Shown here in pieces: positions 1 to 10,100 of a stretch of 64,000 bases of DNA; the stretch's first letter is position 1; each line of letters opens with the position of its first letter. This DNA comes from Adineta vaga. Taxonomy: Eukaryota > Animalia > Rotifera. The notes under the pieces are model-generated. The model searched no databases and was not told where the DNA came from. It was given only the letters and a program-made list of their open reading frames with translations. The translations under genes and the position numbers were made by a program. The stretch spans positions 10,664,001 to 10,728,000 of the forward strand of contig CP075494.1 of assembly GCA_021613535.1 (NCBI GenBank). The letters run 5' to 3'.

Positions 1-630
1 TGTTGAGACTTCGGCAAAAAAAAAAGAAACTGAATTTGATGGATATATCCTTTCTAATGATTAAATTTTATGAATATTCCATTAATCGTGATGGGTAACA
101 GAGGAAATGTGTTTCAAAACCATACAATATTAATATAATACAAGTGGAAACTTTTAGTTATAGTGTATTCAGGAAAATAAATATCCTGTTTTTCTTCTAT
201 GCATAGCATTTATGTTGTAAGTTTACTTGATGTACTAAGAAACTCACTGATTTTGTAAAATTGATAATAAAAATAATGTTTCTTAACAAGTATGTTTTTG
301 TTTTTCAATAATCACACTGAGTTGCAAACTTTGTACTATCAGCAATATTAAAGACATAAACTGTATTTCGTCTACTATTATCATGAGATTTATATGCGAA
401 ATAAATAAGTTTTCATCCTTCAAAGTATAGAACGAGTACAGATTCAATTATACTCTAAGATAATTGAATCATCTAGAATATAATTATGTGATGTATTTCC
501 TTTTTGTAGAAAGTCTATACTAAGATTCTTATCCATCATTATTTCATGAACCTTCTTCGATTCAAATCAGTCATTTCGACTCAACAATTATAAGAGTCAA
601 TTGTATATTTCTTTTTTTTTAAATAGAATT

Positions 631-734
631 GTTGCTCTGGCAGATTAGTGTCACCGCTGATCCGCACGTTTTTGTCATTGCAACATGTTTTCCGATGAAA
701 AACAACCTATATCTCTTGGGAAGTCTAATAAGTA
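631..734 (-). pseudogene. Degenerate spliced-leader (SL) RNA gene copy
   Basis: The minus strand reads TACTTATTAGACTTCCCAAGAG|AT..., similar to the bdelloid SL as I recall it (GGCTTATTACAACTTACCAAGAG), but the donor is AT rather than GT. It is an imperfect inverted copy of 868-972 over ~104 nt. Confidence 0.6.
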
Positions 735-867
735 ATTTCTTTACTGATTACACAGAGCACGACATCTGGTTACTTCGACACATTCTCCTTCCATAATCTC
801 GCTCTATATATAGATGCGATGTGTAAGGACAAAGCAAGGTTTCTCTACTTTTAACTAATCAAATAAT

Positions 868-972
868 TACTTCTTACAATTTACCAAGAGGTAGAGATCT
901 CTTTTAATCCAGAAGCATGTTGCAATGATGAAAAACAGCAGATCAGTGGTGACACAAATCTGCCAGAGCGAC
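868..972 (+). ncRNA. Spliced-leader (SL) RNA gene or recent pseudogene
   Basis: TACTTCTTACAATTTACCAAGAG (868-890) matches the recalled 23-nt bdelloid SL at 19/23 and is directly followed by a GT donor. Strong homology with the inverted copy ends at ~972, giving 105 nt, the recalled bdelloid SL RNA length. Stems AAGAG/CTCTT span the donor and GCAGAT/ATCTGC lies near the 3' end. Confidence 0.7.
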
Positions 973-1130
973 ATTTTCATAAAAATTACAAATGATTTGT
1001 TCACTTAAAACTTGTGTGATTCAATGAATTTGTTTTGCAACATTAAATTGCGTTATCCTCTTCTATTAAACAGATTATTGTTTTGTAATATAAAGCATGA
1101 TAAATGATGTTAAACATTGCCGAAAAAATC

Positions 1131-1184
1131 GAGGGTGTGGATGTGGGTATATCTTCTTGACTCACATCTATACCCACATTCTCA
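1131..1184. repeat. Short hairpin element with telomere-like arms
   Basis: GAGGG TGTGGA TGTGGG ... CTCACA TCTATA CCCACA. Its reverse complement shares GATGTG(A/T)GTCAAGAAGATATAC(C/A)CACA with 13092-13154. Confidence 0.65.
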
Positions 1185-1230
1185 GTAAAGTGAATTCGCC
1201 ACAAAATCATATTTCTTATCATATGAGAAA

Positions 1231-1850
1231 TATCATTTAAATGAACGATATTCACAACAAATTAAACATTTCATGAAAAAACACCAAAATAAATATAATC
1301 AATCAAGAAAAATATTTCCTCAGTATAATGATGAAGAATTTCAATGGGCTTATTATGCAATAAATACACGATATGTTCATTTTGATATGGAAACAGATTG
1401 AAAAGAACAAGATGATAATCTTTGTCTTATTCCATATTTAGATTTTGTTAATCATTCAATTTAACCAAATACAATTTCAAAATCTAGCCTCAAAACACGT
1501 TCATATGAAATTCGTTCAATAAAACTGATTGAATTGAATGAAAAAAAATACTTTCCAATGAACAAATCCAAATTTATAAATCATATAATTATTGGAATAC
1601 ATTAGAATTTTATCCAGTTGATAATGATCTTTCATAGACAGTGATTAAAGCAATTGAATTAACTATTAATCAAACAGAATGGTCACTATATGATGATCCA
1701 TTAACAAAAGAATTAAAAAATAAACTTCAACAATATATTAAATTAGTTCAAGAAAATATTGAAAAAGATTTTCCACAATGGACTATACCGAACGTTTTTC
1801 TAATTATTCTTCATGATACATCTATTGTTATTAATAAATCAATTGTTAGA
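1231..1850 (+). pseudogene. SETD4: SETD4-like SET-domain methyltransferase pseudogene fragment
   Basis: Translates as ...EEFQWAYYAINTRYVHFDMETD*KEQDDNLCLIPYLDFVNHSI*PN..., resembling the SETD4 WAWCTVNTR and APYLDLLNHS motifs. It has two in-frame stops, and the downstream YG..N...YGF segment is missing. Confidence 0.75.
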
Positions 1851-3091
1851 ACTTATATTTTCTTTTCTTTTGTTCAGATTTGGATCTTCAATCGTAAAAA
1901 AATTGAAAAAATGTATACAGTAGACGGATGATAAATATAGTGTAGTAGAAATTGATCACGATCACGAATCAAGTGACAAAATAAAACTCAAATACACTTA
2001 TTCCGTTCACATATGATTAAATTAACATTCTATGTTATGAAACAATTCTTTTTGGTAAAATCAATGTTGTATTTTACATTGATATATAAGGTCTTTTTCC
2101 TCAATCAAGATACATCAATTAGCGACCCCTGTTTTATAAGTGAATTATATTAAAAGAAAATAATGAGTGGTTAATGTCGAACATCGATGTGAGGAGCATA
2201 AATATGAACGATTCTTAGATCTTAGTGATTCTTTTTTTCAACGTAAAAGTTGTCAATTTTTTTTCATCTCTTTGAGAATGCATTTTATATCTTGACAGTT
2301 ATTATCGCAATTTTTTCTTATGTTATTAGATTATCTTAAACCTATTTTCATTTTTCTTTTCAGATTCTTTTAATACTATTTGAAGGTGTTACATCAAATT
2401 AGTTTCCATTCTTTTTTCGTTGAAATTATGTTAAATTGTTTTTAAACTTGGTGCAAATTGAACAACGGATTGTGCAACTAAATCAATATCAACATCTAGA
2501 CGATTTGCACAAATAATAAGCACCATTTTGCCAGCTCCTTGATTTGTCACATGTATTTTCACACTACACTAATCGACGGTCTTACTCTATTCTTTCCAGG
2601 TTCTTGTTTTTCTTAATCTTCAGACAAGATTCTTATTATATGAAAGAAAAAAGTTGATTTATCAGATGTATTTCAATATTTTTGTAGTAAATCTTTCTAT
2701 TTTATGTTAGTTTTAGATATTCATCTAGTTATCTACAAAAGATCTTGTTTAATGAACGATGAAAGCTGCAGATATATCCTGCAATGATTATACTTGTTTG
2801 AAAAGAACAGGTGTTTTTTACTAATAACATTATATATACTTTTGTTTCAGATACTAAAATGTCTTAAACAAAACGTGAAAGTATTTCTATTTTTTACACT
2901 TTTTTGTGAATGACGTGCAAATTTCTAATAAAATGCTATAAAAAGGTAGTAATACTAACCTTTAAAGGCTTTTTAATTTGATCATAATCAGGTAAGAAAC
3001 AAGAACAATAAGGAAAAGGAATCAGGAAAAAAGCAAGAAAACAAGAATCTTATTTGAGAAAAATGTCTTGCCTCATCAGACAAGATTCGAT

Positions 3092-3719
3092 CTACACAAA
3101 CCTTGTCAAAAAGGCAAGATCTTCGACTGGTGTATGTTCTTGTGCAAAGTATTTAATCTTATCATCAGAATCGATGACCTTATCAGTTTCATTGAAATTG
3201 ATATGATATTGCTTTTGAGGAAAAGAAAAAATACTGGGCGTTAAGTTGCTGTGCAGCCAATCAATATCAGGTTTGAATTGAATCAGTGGTATCATATCTA
3301 ATAATGATGTATCTAATGATGCTATACTGTAAGCTATAGCATTAGCGATTAATCCTTTCCAATAAATAATCATTGGTCCATGGCGCTCAATTGAAACGTT
3401 AGTATCGGTACTAACTTAGATAATAGTAGTACCATAAAAACATAATCCAACTTCAGCTTCTCGGCTAATGATGTAGGCAAGGCCAGCTCTCTACATCTCG
3501 TATCCGCCTTGATTGTCATATTGACCAGATTAACTTGATCAGGAGACAAAAGACCAGCCTTTTTTCGTTCTAGCCCAGGTCAAACAATTCGGTCAGGAAC
3601 TTTCAGAGATTCCATGGAAGCAGGATTCCAGGAACCATCGTCCTGGGTAGATCTGATGCATTCACCAAACAAACATCCATTTCTAACCATTTTTCCGAAT
3701 TATCTTCATTTGCTGCCAT
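3092..3719 (-). pseudogene. Bacterial-type clan AA (retropepsin-like, AF_0612-like) aspartic protease pseudogene
   Basis: Removing the 74-bp insertion plus one TSD gives MAANEDNSEKWLEMDVCLVNASDLERKKAGLLSPDQVNLVNMTIKADTRCRELALPTSLAEKLKLD. A frameshift and stop follow near 3420-3440, then HGPMIIYWKG...SLLDMIPL. This follows the bacterial pattern LxNxxD...G...VDTG..LxLP....LxL...GP......LLGxIPL. Confidence 0.7.
3574..3647. mobile_element. 74-bp non-autonomous TIR element (MITE-like)
   Basis: Termini are CCCAGG...CCTGGG, flanked by a TAG target-site duplication (3571-3573 and 3648-3650). It has internal CAGGA(A/T) repeats. Its excision restores the reading frame of the host gene. Confidence 0.85.
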
Positions 3720-4353
3720 AATTGACACGTCTATAAGGTGAAAAAAAATGATAGAGTAAAAGTAAAGCGGATTTTTTCGTATTCCATCAAAACACAGTTT
3801 TATTTTTATTATCAAATCCATAAGAACTTTTATTTATTGATTAGATTTAACGAATAAAGAGTTCTCACAGAAAGAATAGGTAAAAAAGAGCGAATATACT
3901 AAAAAGAATCATATAGATGACAGTACGGAAAATAAAAAATTCTAGATAGATTTTCAAAACTCTACTGCAAATTTGTATTTGATTTATCGAAACGCGCAAC
4001 AAATTCTTAGAGACCTTTATTTAGTTAATCGCAACAGTTATTTGATAATTTATGTGCTGTAAATAGACAGTTTTATATATTCATTTTTTAATAGAACTTG
4101 AAACATATTGTCTTTTGTTTTTTACATACGACAAAAAAAACTAACAATCGGTTCTTACTTGCTTTTTTTGTTTATAAAGAAAAGAAAGTATCGAACGACT
4201 TGTATGTGTATGTATTTGAGTGTGTGTAGAAATCAACGTATTTTACAGACAGAGAGGAAAGATATTAAAACATAAGAATATCTCTACATGTATCTTCTTT
4301 TACATATATATATATATGTGTCTTTCCTTTCAGATTTTTGTGACGTCATTTTA

Positions 4354-4836
4354 ATGGATAAACAGATGCAATCGATCGATTTGAATTTAATCATCAGTAA
4401 TTCGCATGAAGATATTCGTGCTAATGTTGGTATAATCAATTCATCTGAAGTACATCGAGTTACATTAACAAATGTATTTTGGATACGAAAGAATATGGTT
4501 GTTTTGATTAGCGAAACGATGCGACAACGACTTGCACTAGATTTTAATAGAACATTACCTCCACATGGTTTTGGTCCTTGGATTGACGATATTCTTCCAT
4601 CTCGTGATCCATATAAAATATGCGAAAATGTTCATTTATCAATCGATCCTGTTAATTATAGACTTAAATCTACTGCTTGTGCTGTTTTGGTTCCAGATCT
4701 GCCAGTTGATTTCGTATTAGGTACATTGTATTTTGATGACTTTAATCTTATATGGAATTCAAATCTAAGACGTTATATGATTCGTAGTCAAGCAGATGAA
4801 GAAGCATGTCGTCAACTTTACCGAAACATTCTATAG
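4354..4836 (+). CDS. Intact intronless clan AA aspartic protease-like protein (160 aa), catalytic DTG absent
   Basis: LIISNSHEDIRANVGIINSSEVHRVTLTNVFWIRKNMVVLISETMRQRLAL ... CAVLVPDLPVDFVLGTLYFDDFNL follows the same family layout, with FWIRK where LVDTG is expected. The acceptor ctttcag (4327-4333) precedes the ATG at 4354. Confidence 0.6.
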   Translation: MDKQMQSIDLNLIISNSHEDIRANVGIINSSEVHRVTLTNVFWIRKNMVVLISETMRQRLALDFNRTLPPHGFGPWIDDILPSRDPYKICENVHLSIDPVNYRLKSTACAVLVPDLPVDFVLGTLYFDDFNLIWNSNLRRYMIRSQADEEACRQLYRNIL

Positions 4837-5395
4837 AATGTATATCATAAAGAGAATCCAGTAAACCATTTACTTTGTTTTACGAAAGAAATTCCTTAAT
4901 CAAATAGCAAAGTTCTCATGTCGAATTTTGTTTTTGTATCCTATTCAATACCGTTTGACAATTAAACCATTTCTTTTGCAATATATATTTTCGATTTAAT
5001 AATGTAAACAATTTGTAGTCACAAAGAAAAGTCAACTTTTTTCACTCGGTTCTTTTCTTGCTTATGTTTATTCTTGAAATTAATTATGTTCATATGATGA
5101 CATAATAAAAATGTGTTCTTGTAATTAAATATTATCTTTTCCAATTGTAGAAATCTCTACCGTTTGTCATGTATTTTCTTTTATTTTCCTCTTAGTCTAT
5201 TTTTCTCTCATTAGATAATATGAGACAAATATATGAGTATTCGATAACTTTGAAGATATTATCAATGATGAACAACTTGTTTTTATTTTAATAATATTCA
5301 AATTTACATTAATTTATTTCACATATTTGATGATTTCTACACTTGTCATAAAACATCCGTAAAAAAACTGGTGAAAAGCAAATTTTTAATATGTT

Positions 5396-5563
5396 TAAAT
5401 CATATTTATTATAACTGGAATTCATTAGAATTTTATCCAGTTGATAATGATCTTTCATAGACAGTAATTAAAGCAATAGAATTAACTATCAATCAAACAG
5501 AATGGTCACTATATGATGATCCATTAACAAAAGAATTAAAAAATATACTTCAACAATGGACTA
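5396..5563 (+). repeat. Direct duplicate of 1577-1786 (SETD4 pseudogene segment)
   Basis: Near-identical sequence (CATTAGAATTTTATCCAGTTGATAATGATCTTTCATAGACAGT...CCATTAACAAAAGAATTAAAAAAT), with a 45-bp deletion relative to the first copy. Confidence 0.92.
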
Positions 5564-6280
5564 TGGTTGGATAGCTCGTAGAGAAGAGGAAGAAGAAAAA
5601 GCAAGAGAAACTATTCAACCTACATATCGATATATTCTGTAAAGAGAATATAACAAAAAAAACGCATCAGAGAAACTTCAATTCGATTTGATCTTCTTTC
5701 GTCATTGTTGTTTATCTTCAAAAATAATACGATCATTTTATGTCATAACAAAAACATGTTCTAATAATCAAATATTAACCAACAGCATAAAAATATGTTC
5801 GAAAATTATTTTATTCTATAAATTATCTATAAAAATAATCACTGACATACGTGATATCGTTTATAATATTTGAATCAAATAAAATGTCTCCTATTCAAAT
5901 AGAATAAATTCTTCATGAGAATTTAATTTTACATATGATCATTTCGCTGGTTGTTTAAATTTTTGGATCTCACTCGAGAACGAAAATCGTACCATACGCA
6001 ATCATTTGAAAGGTTTCATTTAGTCTACAAGATGTCCTTAACAAATCTTTATTTTTTTACTGTGAGTAATTCAATTCATATACCTCCATATTTTGATGAT
6101 AGATAAATGAATAATACAATTAATCTGTCTTCTCACTGTTTATACAAATAACCAGAGCTATCTGAAAGAAAAACGAATGATATATTTATATCATTTCGGT
6201 TAATACACAGAACAATTCGAATTGTTTTCTCGTTCATATTATTTCAGATACAAAAAAGTGCTTTCTTCATCTAATATAGA

Positions 6281-6579
6281 ATGGCATTAAAATCAGGAGA
6301 GGAATTTCCAAATTTTACTGTAAAAATAACCGTTGGTGACTATCAGTTACATGAATGGCTTCATGGTCAGTACGTAAAAATTTCGTCTTTTGTTCTTATC
6401 AAACTAGGTTATTTATTTTTAGGCGAGGAATTTTATTTTCTCATCCAGCTGATTATACACCAGTATGTACAACGAAATTGGCTCGTGCAGCAAAACTTGC
6501 ACCTGAACTTGCTAATCGAAATACAAAATGAATTGTTTTATCATGTGATTCAGTTGATCTTCATCATGAATGGATAAAA
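6281..6579 (+). pseudogene. PRDX6: Truncated 1-Cys peroxiredoxin (Prdx6) pseudogene
   Basis: Exon 1 is MALKSGEEFPNFTVKITVGDYQLHEWLHG. Exon 2 (from 6423) is RGILFSHPADYTPVCTTKLARAAKLAPELANRNTK*IVLSCDSVDLHHEWIK. It has an in-frame TGA, PVCTTE changed to PVCTTK, and no downstream exons are visible. Confidence 0.88.
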
Positions 6580-6612
6580 GTAGATTGTACATTCGTCTTC
6601 TATTTTAAAATA

Positions 6613-6667
6613 TGAGGGTCTGGATGGATGGGTGTAAGTAATTTTTTGTCAAATATCCACACCCACC
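6613..6667. repeat. Short hairpin element with telomere-like arms
   Basis: TGAGGG TCTGGA TGGATGGGTGT ... ATCCACACCCACC. Confidence 0.55.
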
Positions 6668-7136
6668 TTTTGAACTATATTAAGTATGATCTTTTACTTT
6701 TTATCATGCATACGCTTCTTTATTCTTTTGGAATTGTTTTACCCGTCCGCCACGGATCTCAGTATAAACTACACCTATAATAAAAAAAAAGAAAGTTCTG
6801 AACAACATCTGTCACCATTCTGTTAGATGTTTATTAACCGGTTCCGTATTTTTCTTAGCTTTCTTCTTTTTCATTTAGTTTATTGTATCATAAAAATAGC
6901 TTCACACGATGGTGATATGCATCAGAAATTAAGAGCAAAGGAGAGAAAGAAGAAAAAAATTGTTAACCTACTTTTCTTAGCTGAGTGAGTTTTCTGTATA
7001 ATAATGAAACTGAAAGAAATTTACCATCTAGTAGATTGGAATTTACTTTTTGTAGAAAAAGAAGACGCGGTGCTCTTAGTGTGTGCTACACATTTTCATT
7101 ATACCAGAAACACATCCTCGATACAGTACTGATATA

Positions 7137-10100
7137 ATGTTTTCTCTGAAAAACTACCTCTGTACTCTGAATCTTTTTGGAGCTCCTGCTGGTGCAGAGC
7201 CAGAAAGTGACCATCAGCAACGCAATAACCTGATAAGCACTCGCGTCTATCTCTTTCTTCTGTTTACTATACTCGTCACTCTTATCGTCACTATGTCGCT
7301 GATAGAGCAGACTACCCGTATCACCATTGAAAATCCCACTCGAAGCCAGTTTGAATCTTTACCCAACGCAATATGTCCGTGTTCGCGCATCTCTATATCC
7401 TATGGTGAGTTCGTTTCAGCCCAGCCCTCCTTTCATCAAGTGTGTTCGAGCGATTTTGTATCTAATCGATGGGTCTCATCACTTTATTCCGGCATCAATT
7501 CAACATATTTTCTCCCAATCGATATTCGATCATCGGGCTATGCACTGTTTCAAACACTAGCAAGTTTCTGCCGGCTTTCACAAGCAAACGTAAACCAAAG
7601 TCTCTCACTCTTGAGCTCTACCTCTTTCATGAGCTCTTTGATTATTCCCGAGTCCATCTTTCAGTTGCAAGTTCAAGACTTTAGTAATCAGTTTCAACTT
7701 ATGGCACCTAATAAGTTACAAACGCAAATACAACTTGTCGGTAATTTGACCATGCGCAATAAAATCATAAATGGACTGGGAACAAGTACTTTTCTGTCGG
7801 GTACTATTGGAGATGTAATGACGATTTTCAATATATACATTGAAAGTAATGAAACTTGGTGTACCTGTATGGAAACTACCACTTGCGCAGGACTCTATGG
7901 TATTTATGCGGAGTTCGACTTTGACACGCTGGGAGTCAACGATTTCACGGCAATTATGACCATACCGGGGCTCAGGTCGGGCTGTATGCCAGTCGATTCA
8001 AGTCGCCAGTCATCTCTCGAATGTTTTTTCAACCAGACGTGCATTAATACAATTATCCATTATCTAGCCACACCAGACACTAATTTCACTGCCATGACTT
8101 CGTTGCCATCGAGTCGTTTTGGTGTGACGTCTACCGTTGATTCAATTGTCAGTCAACTGATGGTAGAAAGATGGGGATTCAGTATGTCCTACGATAAGTA
8201 TTTCGCTGAATGTGCTCCTTCATCATGCACATATTTGACAACTACACGAAACGATTTTTTGTATCTGCTAACTACGCTCATCGGTTTGCTTGGAGGACTA
8301 TGTACGGGACTAGCTATTGTTGTACCACTCGCCATTCGTTTCATCCGACGGCAACCGACAACAAATGCTCCTGAAATAGTGCCGCGCGTTCCATGTGAGT
8401 ATATTTTTGCAAGTTCGCGTTGATATGAATGAATATAAGGTTATTTTAGAGTTTGAATCTGATTATACATTTGTAGATCGTAGAAAAAAGTGGCATTTCA
8501 TTTGAGATTTACAACTGAGATCTTTCGAAAAGCTTGACAGTCCATTTTCGAACACTTTTCAAGGGGTTCCTGCACGACTCGATGGATCTACTTAGATAGA
8601 GAATACCGAATCTGTAGTTCTTTAAAAAAATAGCTAAAGACGCGTCGAATGGTATAAAAAAGTCGAAAAGGATTTCTTCCCACTTTTTGATGTTTCCCAT
8701 TGGCAAGTAGCGAACAATGGCCTGATTTTCCAGGAACTTATTAAAAGTGATTCAAAAAACAACTATTTGCAATATTTTTTTACGGATAATGGACTATTTC
8801 AGTCAATGATGTGTGCAAAATTTGCGATCAAAATTCGAAAATCCGATCCTGCTGCAAATCTTGTAGTTTTATTGAAAAAATTGCGTGAAAATTCGATATT
8901 GCTGGAACACTGCTCTGAGAGATTGAATTCTTTTCAGCTTCTCCTTACCTCATTGAGGCCTACTTATGACCACAAAATGGACTTAAAAGAGCTTAGATAT
9001 ATGGAAAGGTACATTCACAATTGTATACTTCACAAAAGCAGGTGGGAACATAGAAAGTCTGATACAAAAATATTTGACAAGCGTGTTTCCTATCTCATTA
9101 ATACACAATGGTACTGCCCGAAAGCATATCCCCGAAATCAACGTCGTATTATCGTGGTTAAATTCCTAATCGTATAGTTATCTATAATAAAAGTTACATA
9201 CATCTCGTCACCTATTTATTCTGTAATATTAAAGCTTAAAAGACCTTTATTCGCAAATAGGATGAGAAAAACAAGTTTGCATTTTTGTGAAGTATTAACA
9301 TTCCAATCAGAGATGTCCATCGCGGCTGAGAATGTACCGCTGCCGCGCTGCTCGCATAGTGAAAATTTTTAGCAATTATTGTCTGCAATTAATAACACTC
9401 AATATATCTAGATCGTACTGTTAACTGCATGATCAATTTATGTATGTTTAGTTATTATTTAAGTTCATATCATTTCTGTTAGTTCGTAATACAAAAATCT
9501 TATTCTATCATTTGTGAAATCGATCGAAACTGTTTTTGTCACTCAATTCATCGTCTTTAGTTCAAATTCTAATTAAACTAGATCTATGAAGTTTGAATTC
9601 CAACTATAAAGACTTCGAATAGATCAATGATCAAACAATATTTTTCGATTGTTAATGGAGACTTCATAGCTGTGGAAAATCGAATTGGGATCAAATGCAA
9701 AGTAAACTTATACAAAACAAACAGAGTTTAATATTAATTATTAGACTAATAAAATTAGGCTCAAAGTGTTATTGGAACGCAAAATCCGTAATTTCACATA
9801 TCACCTTTCGAGAAACCGACAAGAATTCGAATTACTCGGTCCCAAATATCTTTACTCAATGTTCATAAAAGAACTCTAGTTTCATAAAACAGATCATACC
9901 TGATCGGAATACTAAGCTTACGAATTTTTGTTCTATAAAATAGCACTGAAAGCAAGCTCGATGGAATCATCAAAAACTATCGATGAATTAACTAGATATA
10001 TATCGAAACTCTAATTAGAAGATAGGAACAAAATTCTGGAAGTTTTTCGGAAATCAATTTTCAAGCTTTTTTGAGATCTCAGCTGTCAGTTCTAGATTAA

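Noticed and set aside
615-985. Simple MITE interpretation of the 631-972 palindrome
   Set aside because: No clear TSD was found, and each arm begins with an SL-like exon and has SL RNA length. An SL-derived foldback is not excluded.
7083-8423. Treating the 446-aa and 815-aa ORFs as independent genes
   Set aside because: A strong in-frame donor/acceptor pair joins them, and the listed start at 7083 is GTG (first ATG at 7137).
8767-9177. 136-aa ORF inside the large intron
   Set aside because: Non-ATG start, no recognisable motif, and no convincing TIRs around it.
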